From Carcharhinus longimanus (lineage: Eukaryota), in the NCBI GenBank assembly GCA_030264375.1, contig JASCQW010000156.1, forward strand, positions 16,169,545 through 16,233,544: a stretch of 64,000 nt of DNA. The letters are read 5' to 3'. Under the pieces are notes generated by a model that saw only the letters and a list, made by a program, of their open reading frames with translations, was not told the origin of the DNA and did not search any database. The position numbers were made by a program, and so were the translations under genes. Shown here one piece after another: positions 36,400 to 47,390 of the stretch. Position 1 is the stretch's first letter. Each line of letters opens with the position of its first letter.

Positions 36400-38150
36400 T
36401 TATCTCCCATCTTCCTTTTACCCAGTCACACCACCCTTCAGTTATCCCTGATGCAATCTTACGTTGCCTCTCTGCCTTCCTATGTCGCCATCTTAGTCTT
36501 GAATACCTGTGAATAAGCTCAAAGCAACCAGCCGTGCCCCCACGCAGACTTTGAAAGCCCTGCTTAGCGTCTATTGCCCTCTTTAAAAGCAGAAATCCCA
36601 AATGCCTTTATTTCTATCTTTGCCTCTTAACAAGGTCATGGAGGTTAACTTCACCAATCACCACCCTGCCCCTTGGACTCTGCCAATAAAACCAGGATGC
36701 ACATGCTGCACTTGCGCAGGATGTACATGAGCATACAGTATATTTGGAGATATATATCAGATATAAGCACCTTTGCCTGAGTCAGGTAGTTATGGGTTGA
36801 AGTGCTTTATCATCATCATTCCTCTCTTCCTTTTCTCCAAACCACCTTTCATGAAAAAGTTTTTGCTATCCACAACTTGTCAGCACTGACATCTTGGCTT
36901 TAACTGAAGCTTGGCTCATAGGGCTGGCAATACCTTTCCCCTTACTGAAAACCTCTCTTACTACTATACTTTCCACCAGCCATGTTGTCCAGAATGGGAT
37001 CTATATGGTCTTCAACATAAAATCACATCTCGTTTTCTTTCCCAATTCTTCTCTGATACCTACGCCTCCTTTTAACACTGCCTTGTTTCAATCTGCCCAT
37101 CTTCCTTTAAACTCCTCACCACCTCCTGGCCCTCTAGCCCCATCCTACGATGTCCCCAGTTCCTCCTGCAGTCTGTGTGCTGAGTGACTCCTCATTCTTC
37201 ATGATTTCAAGGTGAGACGGTGAAATGATTTCACTAGTGGGAAAGTCTTGAATAAGGAGACATAGCTACAAGATAAAAAGTTGATCATTTATAACTGAGA
37301 TGTGTAAAAATTTTGTCTCGTGTGAATCACTGGAATTCTCTGTCCCAAAGGGTAGTGCAGGCTGGATCATCAGAAGTATTAAAAGTGGAGGTAGATAAAT
37401 ATTTGATACATCAAGGAATAGAGGGCTATGGGGAAATGGCATAGAAAAGGAGTTGAGGCCAGCATAGATCAGCCGTGATCGTATTGAATGGTGAGGCAGG
37501 CTTGAAGGGCCTGTTGACCACTCCTGCCTCTATTTTCTTTTGTCTCTCTTCTCCTGAGCCCCCCTTTTCTGGTTTCACTCTATATTCTTCCTCTCTAAAC
37601 CACTTCTCCCATAAACAGTTGCACCCACAGTCAAGGCAACTATCTCAACCTTTGTCTTTCATGCTCTGTCTATTATCTTGTTTTCAATCATTCACATGGC
37701 CATCTTACATTCCTGACTACTCATATCCATTTTTTAAATTTCCAATGTGCAAGCTTTTGGCCCTCAATTCACCTTGATGCTTCTGTACTGATCAATCTGA
37801 TTAAGCAGTCTCTCACTTCCACTTTTGATGGCATTTATTTCCCCAGTAGAACCTTTACTCTCCCCCATCTTGGCCTTCCTCACATTAAGACCCCCATTTT
37901 CACCCCCTATAAGCTAAGGAACAGAAAGAAGATTTGAGCATGTCTAGCACTTCACTGGTTAAAGCACCAATCACCACATCATTGGGCTCATTATATTAGG
38001 TTCATCCTGGAAACTGAAGCCAAACCTCAGCTTCTTTTCTATCACACCAATATCTTCTCAAAATCACTTTCCTCTGAAATGATTCATCTATACTGGAACT
38101 ACATCCCTAATTTTCACCATGTTTGCAATTTGAATTTTAGTCCATTGAAG
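36400..38150 (+). mobile_element. L2-like LINE 5'/endonuclease region, heavily degraded and interrupted
   Basis: TDILALTEAWL (~36885-36917) and LLILHDFK (~37188-37211) resemble the APE motifs DILALTETWL and ILGDFN. The strand is pyrimidine-rich. Confidence 0.5.
37212..37540 (+). mobile_element. CR1 3' end inserted in the L2-like element
   Basis: tggaattctctgtcccaaagggtagtg...agatcagccgtgatcgtattgaatggtgaggcaggcttgaagggc. Confidence 0.8.
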
Positions 38151-38169
38151 TAAATGCGCCTGAAACAAA

Positions 38170-38790
38170 TCAGAAATTGAGGTCTCATTTTTGATTGAGC
38201 CTATGCAAGTGGCCAGAGGGACTTTGGAATCAACAGCGTGGGAGAAGAAAATTGATGGCTTTGATGATCCAGTTGATTGAAATTTTAGGTCAGTCTCACA
38301 GCACAGTGGTTGTTACAGAAATGAGGTGAAAGGTAGATAGAGCTGTGAGTGAGCTCAAGCACAATTATACTGATCATGTGCATGAAGATATCACCAATAC
38401 AGAGTGATGGACAGATACTTGAGGGGACTGTGTTAGAGTAGGAAAGAAAGTCTACAGATGTGTTGGTTGTGGCTGGATAGGAAGGAGTGGAACCAGGCAA
38501 GTATCGCTGCACAGAAATGTACAACCAAGAGGAGGAAAATTATGTCGTTGACCATGTTGAGAATGGAGGGATATAATGTACCACGAGCACAAGGATGATT
38601 CGCCTGACTTCACTCCACCTACAATTCCGGTGCAGTGAGCAGGTTAACAGATCACATGAAGAACTGGGAGACAATAATACTATAGGGAAAAAGGAAGGCT
38701 AAAATTAGCCGTGCAAGATATGGCCCATTGGAGGATGGGTGTAATGATGCTGGCTTGAAAGAGGACAGTGCCGCACATCATTATCAACAT
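38170..38790 (-). mobile_element. Possible degraded L2 RT fragment
   Basis: Purine-rich, with ggataggaaggagtggaaccaggc and ggacagatacttgaggggact resembling antisense L2 RT (WFxSYL, PQGS) segments. Confidence 0.35.
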
Positions 38791-39826
38791 ACACTTTAAA
38801 TTTCTGGGGAAGTATGATTGCTAACCAATTCAGGCCAAATTGTACTTTAACACATCAACTTTTTTCAAATGGCAGTTTAACTGGAGCTTTCATCACAGAT
38901 CTGAAGACAGAGCTGCATGTATATTTGCAGCTTGCTGAGAAAAATGTATGTTGGGCTCAGGGAAGAGTTGTTGCAGGAGGGAAAGAAAAAATAAAGTTGC
39001 CTGGTCATTAGTTTTGAACTGCAAACGAGATGGATCTGAGTGCACTTTATTAACAACACGTTCCAGAGCGGATTTCATGTACTAAACTGGACTAAACACT
39101 GCGCAGCGACTTGCAAGGCACAACTAGCGTTTTTTTTTTCTTCAGGACATCTTCCTGCCTTGGTCTAATTAAGNNNNNNNNNNNNNNNNNNNNNNNNNNN
39201 NNNNNNNNNNNNNNNNNNNNNNNNNNNNNNNNNNNNNNNNNNNNNNNNNNNNNNNNNNNNNNNNNNNNNNNNNTTCTCTTCAAAAAAGACAGAATGGTAT
39301 AAAGAGCATTTGTTGACTGAAGCCTGACAATTGAGTTTGTCGGCATCATGCCAAATGATAGTTCTTCTGCTATCTGTTACTCAAGACTGGGAGTCATATG
39401 CAATCCAGCTATCTGCTTCCTGAAACCTCATCTTACATCTGCTGTAATTTTCCTTCGCTGGAGAATACTGGATTTGCTTGTCACTTGTATTTGCTCTCAA
39501 AACATGGGGACTTTCCACATTGTCAGCAAATCCAATCCAAGTCATCTGTCTAATGGGCATTCAGAAAAATGAAAATAGAAAATAGAAGAGGTGTAGAACA
39601 GCCGCTAATCTTATTCAGTATTTTTGTCTAAGGATGTGATATTTAAGTTCTTAAAAAAAAACACTGGACAAAGTGGGAATTAAGTACCTATTCAAAACCA
39701 CCACAGCATGTTGGCCCATGAACAACATTAAAATGGAGGCAAAATACCTTTATCACACGCACAAGTAGAGCAAAGCTGTATAAAAGCATGTAGATAACTA
39801 ACAGGATTTCCACTGGTTTTAATAAA

Positions 39827-40167
39827 TTCATGGAATCTCTACAGCACAGAGGGAGGCTAATCAGCTCATTGAATCAGCATTGACTCTCCGAAAAAGCACT
39901 CTACCCTAGGCCCACTCCCTGCACCCTACCCCCATAACTCTGTGCCTTTACTATGGCCAATCTGCCGAACCTGCACATCTTTTAACACTAAGGGGCAATT
40001 TAGCATGGCCAATCCACCTAACCTGCACATCTTTGGTGTGGAAGGAAACCGGAGCATCCAGAGGCAACCCACGCAGACACAGGGAGGATGTGCGAATTCC
40101 ACACAGTCACCTGCGGCCAGAATCGAACACAGGACCTAGTACTGAGAGACAGCAGTGCTAGCTATGT
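39827..40167 (-). mobile_element. HE1-type V-SINE
   Basis: ggggcaatttagcatggccaatccacctaacctgcacatctttgg...cccacgcagacacagggag...agcagtgcta. Confidence 0.9.
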
Positions 40168-40390
40168 AACCATAATTTATCACTGTACTAAATGTCACAT
40201 TTATCAGCATTTGACAATGAAACTATTAGATCTAGATACATGGTTGCGAAGTATAATAGGGTGAAAGAAGGGCTGTGGTAACTCAAAAATAAAAATGCAC
40301 TATGCTGAAGCAAGGAGAGGAAGACAGAATGCTTGCAGATTTTTTGAAAACCACAGCTCCAGAATAGTTAATAAAAACAATTGGATCATG

Positions 40391-42320
40391 CATAGAACAT
40401 AGACCATTACAGCGCAGCACAGGCCCTTTCGACTTTGATGTTGTGCCAACCTGTGAAACGAATCTAAAGCCCGTCTAACCTACACTATTTGAATATCATC
40501 CATATGTTTATCCAATGACCATTTAAATGCCCTTAATGTTGGCAAGTCCATTACTATTGCAGCCAGGNNNNNNNNNNCTGCCCTATATCTATCACCCCTC
40601 AATTTAAAGCTATGCCCCCTCATGCTAGCCATCTCCATCTGAGGAATAAGGCTCTCATTGTCCATCCTATCTAATAATCCTCTGATCATCTTATATGCCT
40701 CTATTAAGTCACCTCTTAACCTTCTCCTCTCTGATGACAACAGCCTCAAGTCTCTCAGCCTTTCCTCATAAGACCTTTCCATCACACCAGGCAACAACCT
40801 GGTAAATCTCCTCTGCACCCTTTCCAATACTTCCACATCCTTCCTATAACGCGGCAACCAGAACTGTATGCAATACTCCAAGTGCAGCCGCACCAGAATT
40901 TTGTACAGCTGTAACATGACCTCATGGCTCCGAAACTCAAGTCCTCTACCAAGAAAAGCTAACACATCATATGCCTTTTTAACAACCCTATCAANNNNNN
41001 NNNNNNNNNNNNNNNNNNNNNNNNNNNNNNNNNNNNNNNNNNNNNNNNNNNNNNNNNNNNNNNNNNNNNNNNNNNNNNNNNNNNNNNNNNNNNNCTGGGT
41101 ACCAACTTTCAGGGATCTACGCACACAGATACCGAGATCTCTCTGCTCATCCACATTACCAAGTATCTTACCACTAGCCCAGTACTCTCTATTCCTGTTA
41201 CTGCTTCCAAAGTGAATCACACTTTTCTGCATTAAACTCCGTTTGCCACCTCTCAGCCCAACTCTGCAGCTTATCTACGTCCCACTATAGCCTTCAACAT
41301 GCTTCTGCACTGTCCACAACTCCACCAACTTTAGTGTCATCCACAAATTTACTAACCCATCTTTCTACACCCTCATCCAGGTCATTTATAAAAATGACCA
41401 ACAGCAGCAGCCCCAAACAGATCCTTGCGGTACACCACTAGTAACTGAACTCCAGGACAAACATTTCTCAATCACCACCCTCTGTTTTCTTACAGCTAGC
41501 CAATTTCTGATTCAAACTGCTAAATCACCGTCAATCCCATGCCTCCGTATCTTCTGCAGTAGCTTACCGCGGAGAACCTTATCAAACGCTTTACTGAAAT
41601 CCATATACACCACATCAACTGCTTTACCCTCATCTACCTCTTTGGTCATCTTGAAAGAACTCAATAAGGTTTATGAGGCACGACCTACCCTTCACAAAAC
41701 CGTTTTGACTATCCCTAATCAAATTATTTCTTCCTAGATGATTATAAATCCTATCTCTTAAAATCCTTTCCAAAACTTTGCCCACAACAGAAGTCAGGCT
41801 CACTGGTCTATAATTGCCAGGGTTGTCTCTACTCCCAACATTTGCTATCCTCCAGCCTTCTGGCACTATTCCTGTAGACAATGACGACCTGAAGGTCAAA
41901 GCCAAAGGCTCTGCAATCTCCTCCCTAGCCTCCCAAAGAATCCGAGGATAAATCCCATCCGGTACAGGGAACCTATCTATTTTCATTCCTTCTAGAATTG
42001 CTAAAGCCTCTTTCTTATGAACCTCAATCCCATTTAGTCAAACAGTCTGTATCTCAGTATTCTCCTCGACAACATTGTCTTTTTCCTGTGTAAATAGTGA
42101 CGAAAAATATTCATTTAGCGCCTCTCCTATCTCTTTGGACTCCACGCACAACTTCCCACCACTGTCCTTGACTGGCCCTATTCTTACCCTAGTCATTCAT
42201 TTATTCCTGACATACCTATAGAAAGCTTTAGGGCTTTCCTTGATCCTACCTGCCAAAGACTTCTCATGTCCTCGCTTGGCTCTTCTTAGCTCTCTCTTTA
42301 GGTCCTTCCTGGCTAACTTG
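40391..42320 (-). mobile_element. HER1/CR1-clade LINE, 5'-truncated ORF2 (RT) and 3' end; best-preserved LINE in the window
   Basis: ORFs 41630-41986 (PDGIYPRIL, NYRPVSLTSVVGKVLE, QNGFVKGRSCLINL) and 40480-41232 (HLEYCIQFW, LERVQRRFTR, RRLRGDLIE). Frameshifted, with an (ATAGAAC)n-like tail. Confidence 0.95.
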
Positions 42321-42339
42321 ATCAGAAGGATGCAGATCA

Positions 42340-42620
42340 GAAGGTCCTAGTCGGGGGATACCAGAAGACGTGGGCAAAAGGTATCCTCAGCATTCACAGC
42401 AGACAGCAGAAAAATCAGCAGGGGTTCCAAATCTTTATTCACCACCAGTGGCCCCTCACTGCAAAGTGCCCAAATGTGGTCACGAGATGAGACAGATTGG
42501 TTGCTACTCTGGAGAGCTATAGCTTTCCATCATTCACACTCAGTCACAAACAGCAACTTGGGTGAACTAGGTTCATCAGTGCAACTGTATCTAAGGAAGA
42601 GTCAGCACTTTCAGGAGAGC
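42340..42620 (+). mobile_element. Ancient SINE-like repeat (6240 family)
   Basis: aaaatcagcaggggttcc...gcaacttgggtga...ggaagagtcagcactttcaggagag. Confidence 0.5.
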
Positions 42621-43562
42621 TGCAGATAAATTCGCAGGGACAATAAATTACGAAATAAACATTTGGGAGTCAAGTGAAGCACAGCAATACTGGTACTTGA
42701 TGGGGTGTTAAAATGAAAATAAATTATATTAGTTAGTAAGTATGGGGTTCATCAATAAATGTTAAGACTGCCTCCATACCCTGACTTGAACAATGCGCAT
42801 TACTTTAATATTTTAAAGTTCTGGTGAAAACCAGAATAAGAATTAGTAATTGAAAATTTTAAAAGAGTAACCTGATCTTGAAACATGAAATATTTGAAAG
42901 TCCAGCAAAATGTTGCTGGCTGATGCTTAAGTGCACATTTTACTTGAATATGCAGTAATGTATGTAGATTAAACCCTGCAAGGTCCCACAGAGTGACAGG
43001 CTACTTTGAAAGTACAGTAAATAAAGACGATGAAAATAGGAAACATGAAGGATATAGCACAAATATACTTATCAGAAAGATTTTCCCTTGGTAAATTTAT
43101 TTGTGGTGTAGAAACACCAAATATTGCAAATGCACAGCTGGTCTACAAAAAGGAAAGGACAAATTACTATTTCAGATTAACCAGTGTCTTCAGAGCATTT
43201 TATGCTTCATTTCAGTTTGCAACACTCACAGTTCCAACTATTGTATTGTTCTAATTTGCTAACAAAGATCAGCAGAGGCAAGGTAGGTCATTCAATCCAT
43301 CTGGTTCATGCAAAAGGTACCAACAGTTTTCAAAAGATTCATAGTTTTCGACTACAGCAGTTTTTGTTATCCAAATATGAAACATGATCAGAATGTCAGT
43401 GTTTGGTGGCTAAGTCACATCTTTATGCATGTTTTAATGAAAATGCAACTTCAGCCATTTTGNNNNNNNNNNNNNNNNNNNNNNNNNNNNNNNNNNNNNN
43501 NNNNNNNNNNNNNNNNNNNNNNNNNNNNNNNNNNNNNNNNNNNNNNNNNNNNNNNNNNNNNN

Positions 43563-43764
43563 ATGCAACTTCAGCCATTTTGCTAAGATCAAGTGTTGGA
43601 TCAAGCATAAGACGGAGTGCAATGCCTTATCTTGTCAGCTTGGATCTGGTCTCTCTTGTGGGGAGCACAAATTGGATTCAATCTGAATTGAGCTGGATTT
43701 GGGTTCGCCTGGTTCACTCTGTGCATTGGCTTTGTAACTTTAAAAATAGAGCAAACAAAAAAAA
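43563..43764 (+). pseudogene. U2 snRNA-derived retroposed element (SINEU-like or processed U2 pseudogene)
   Basis: 43571-43602 matches U2 nt 9-40 at 27/32 ungapped, including a perfect GCTAAGATCAAGTGT. Collinear similarity continues through stems IIa, IIb and III. A-rich tail. AATGAAA direct repeat at 43436-43442 and 43765-43771; the gap flanks overlap, so the true start is 43443. Confidence 0.85.
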
Positions 43765-43812
43765 AATGAAAGTCAACAAATGATAATTAAGTTGAATGCC
43801 CAGAATCATGGG

Positions 43813-44152
43813 GGGCAGCATGGTTGCACAGTGGTTAGCACTGCTGCCTTACAGCATCAGGGATCCAGGTTCGATTCCAGCCTTGGGTGACTGTCTGTGT
43901 GGAGTTTGCACATCCTCCCTGTGTCTGTTTGGGTTTCCTGAGTGCTCTGGTTTCTTCCCACAGTTCAAAACAGATGCAAGTTAGTTTAGGTGGATTGACC
44001 ATGCCAAATTGTCTTTTGTGTCCCAAGGTAGGGGAACTAGCTGGGTAAATATGTTGAGTTATGGGAATAGGGCTTAGGTAAGATGTCTGCCAGAGAGTCT
44101 GTGCCAACTCAATGGGCCAAATGGCCTCCTTCTGTCCTTAGGGATTCTATGA
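43813..44152 (+). mobile_element. HE1-type V-SINE, full length
   Basis: gggcagcatggttgcacagtggttagcactgctgcc, B box GGTTCGATTCC, V domain, tail atgggccaaatggcctcc...gattctatga. Confidence 0.93.
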
Positions 44153-44489
44153 CATTAAGCAGCAAGAACTCAGATGGGTAGCTCCATAGACAGACAAGGC
44201 ACAAATGTACGGTCAAAATTCTCCACATACTGCATTTCAAATGTCTACTGTGACATCAGAGAGGAGATAGTGAGAAGCAAGGAGGATGGGAGAGAATGGG
44301 AAAGTCAGTCCAAGGATAAATCCCTTTTAAGCCCACCATCCAACTGTTTCTTAAATCCATGTTTTTGCACCGCACTCTGATCCAGAAATTTGAAACAGGT
44401 ACTTATCCTTCAGTGTGAAGCCAAATTTCCTGGTATCAATCCTAAATGTGCCTTACATTATTTTGAAATTTATGCTTCCCTAGTCCTAG

Positions 44490-44582
44490 CTTTGATAAGT
44501 AAGGACTCAAAACATTAACTCTGTTTCTCACTCCACAGACGCTGCTTAACCTGCTGAGTCTTTCCAGCATTTTCTGTTTTCA
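44490..44582 (+). mobile_element. Penelope-like terminal fragment
   Basis: aaacattaactctgtttctcactccacagacgctgc..acctgctgagtctttccagcattttctgtttt is the reverse complement of the 13283 and 53670 motif. Confidence 0.55.
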
Positions 44583-44794
44583 ATTCCCCTTGTCCAAATG
44601 TCACGTATGAATTTTAACAAGCTTCTCAGATTTACCATTTTAATACATTTTTAAAGTGTGGTCTAATTGAGATGCTGCACAATTCAAGCACAACTTCTAC
44701 TAACTTGCAACTGATTTTTCAGGCTGATTATGGTTCAGCAATTTACTAACTGTTCTGTAGAGCCTGGTTATGGGAACTTCCAAATCCACCCAAA

Positions 44795-45358
44795 TCTCAA
44801 CAGCTTCAGGTTTCTAGGTGTCTAGCTCATTAACAACCTCTCCTGGTCCTTCACACTGATACTATAGTTAAGAAAGCCCACCATGCTTCTACTTTCTCAG
44901 GAGGCTAAGAAAATTCAGCATGTCCACTACAACTCTCACCAACTTTTACAGATGCATTCTTTCAGGATGCATCACAGCTTGGTATGGTTCCTGCTCTGTC
45001 CAAGACCACAATAAATTGCAAACGGTTGTGAACATAGCTCAGTCTATCATTCAAACCAGCCTCATATTCACTGACTCTATCGATACGTCCCACTGCTTTC
45101 GAAAAGCATCCCGGATATACTAAGATACAAACATCTGAGAACATCAACTGACTCAAGAACAGCTTGATCCCTGCTGCCATCAGATTTCTAAATGGACATA
45201 CCTCATGTTAAGTTGATCTTTCTCTACACCCTAGCTATGATTACAACAGTACACCTCTCCTTTCCTTCTCTGTACACAGTGTGCTTTATCTGTACAGCAT
45301 GCAAGAAACAATACTTTTCATTAGAAAACAGATATGATAATAATCAATCAAATCAAGT
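44795..45358 (+). mobile_element. Rex1/Babar-clade LINE, RT C-terminus and 3' end
   Basis: SFRFLGV, NNLSWS, YFLRRLRKFSMSTTTLTNFYRC.ILSGCITAWYGSCS..DHNKLQTVV, with an (aatca)n tail. Confidence 0.88.
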
Positions 45359-45917
45359 CAGGATGGTAAATGACTTGGAGGGAAACTTCTAGGTGATGGC
45401 ATTCCCAGGTATCTATTGATCTTGTCTCCTAAATAGTAATAGTCCATCTTGTAGACGGCTCACATTGCTGTCTCTGTTCATTGGTGGTGGAGAGGTTGAA
45501 TGTTTGTGGAATGGGTAGCAATCAAGTCGGCTGCTTTGTCCTGTATGGTGCTGAGCTGGAGTGTTGTTGGAGTTGCACTCACCGANNNNNNNNNNNNNNN
45601 NNNNNNNNNNNNNNNNNNNNNNNNNNNNNNNNNNNNNNNNNNNNNNNNNNNNNNNNNNNNNNNNNNNNNNNNNNNNNNNNNNNNNGAGAGGTTGAATGTT
45701 TGTGGAATGGGTAGCAATCAAGTCGGCTGCTTTGTCCTGGATGGTGCTGAGCTGGAGTGTTGTTGGAGTTGCACTCACCGAGGCAAATGCAGAGTATTCC
45801 ATTACACTCCACATCTTTGCCTTGTAGATGGTGGATAAGCTTTTGGGATGGGGGGGCGGGGGGGAAAGAAGTGAGTTGCTCAGTCTTGCAATGGTAGAGG
45901 GGTTCCGACAGAAGCAT
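45358..45917 (-). mobile_element. CR1-like LINE (second family) C-terminal fragment
   Basis: PKSLSTIYKAKMWSVMEYS...SATPTTL.LSTIQDKAADLI, homologous to 24630-24760. Confidence 0.8.
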
Positions 45918-46639
45918 TNNNNNNNNNNACTGGGTTTGCAGTACAACAAAGCAATCAAAACTGGTTCGAGGTCTATATCAGTTGACTCCCACCTCTCCAC
46001 ATCACCTTTAACAAACGATGTGCATCCCTCATCTGGATCCCTGAAATTGTTAAATGTCACAATTTAGAATTGAAAGAAAGATTGCAGGGAGCTCTTTGTC
46101 CTAGCACAGGAGTGGACTCTGGTTGGCCAGCCTGGATTATGAAATACAGATGGACTTTGCACAGCCCTTTTTGAGTCTGGACCGTGCAGCCCACAAGGGA
46201 GTTGTTAGCATCCCTTCAGGGATAATGAGGTGCAAGGTTCCCTGATGCCTCCAGGCAGCTCCCTTTCTTCGAGGGTCACAGACAGACATAGCTTCAGCCA
46301 TTTTAAAACGTCTGTCTAGTTTTTAAAATTTTAGAAATAGCCATGAGAATATCTATATATATTTTACAAAAGTGTACAGTGCAAGGTCTTTGTCTCCTCC
46401 TAGAAATGTCATTGATCTTAGTCAAAACAGTTTCCTTTCAAGAGCCGGAATATGCACCAAATCCAATCGAATCCTTCACAGGATGCATCACCATTAAAAT
46501 AAACTGTATTCAGATTGTAGTTCCCTAGAGATTCAGATGCTAAGTGCCATGTATCTGACATATACTTGAAGGCTTCATGTTCTGTCATCGACTCATACGG
46601 AGTGAGCTGATTACAGTTGGGGCAGTACTACTGCTAATA

Positions 46640-46800
46640 TAGAACATAGAACATTACAGCACAGTACAGGCCCTTTGGCCGTCGATGTTGCGCCGACCTG
46701 TGAAAACCAATCTAAAGCCCATCTAACCTACGCTATTTCAATATCATCCATATGTTTACCCAATGACCATTTAAATGCCCTAATGTTGGCGAGTCCACTA
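46640..46800 (-). mobile_element. Young 5'-truncated HER1 3' end with TSD
   Basis: Close match to 40392-40552, with ctaatatag repeated at 46634-46642 and 46798-46806. Confidence 0.88.
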
Positions 46801-47142
46801 ATATAGGCTTTGGCACCATTTTTCTTGGGGAGTGGATAGGCTACATGTATTGTTATCTAGACTTGATAGCATAGATGTTGGTTGAAAAGCAAATCAGTCC
46901 AGGCAGAGACCTTCAGCATGTTCCTCCTTCACGGCTGTCCAATGGAGAGGTCTCAGCTGCTGATTTCTTCATCTTATCTTGCAGGAGATAAATATAGATA
47001 ATGATATAATTACTTTGTGGGAAACCTGTCACAGGTTAACCTCCTTTATTAATGCAAACATTAAAACTAAACCTGTATTGTACCAAGTAGAATAGAATTT
47101 AACATTCAAGCAAACAGAATGCTCTCAACCTAGCAGGAGGTC

Positions 47143-47390
47143 ACAAGAACATAAAAAAAAAGCTCCTCAAGCCAATTCCACCAATATTATATTGTGGCTG
47201 ACCTCTTACCTCAAATATGCTTTGCTGCCCTATCCCCATAACCTCCAGATTTCTTTTGTGACCAACATCTAATCAATCTCATTCCTGAATATACTCTGAA
47301 CAGTCACAGCCCTCCAGGTACAGAAAGCCAAAAAGTTCACAACCCTTGAATGGAAAAATTGTTATCTCAGTCCTAAATGACCAACCCATG
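47143..47390 (-). mobile_element. CR1 3' UTR fragment
   Basis: caagaacataa...gtggctgacct...atctcagtcctaaatga, as at 27645-27900. Confidence 0.6.

Noticed and set aside
43563-43764. Functional U2 snRNA gene
   Set aside because: Branch-site recognition sequence altered, internal insert, no clear Sm site, stem-loop IV absent, and an A-tail with TSD indicating retroposition.
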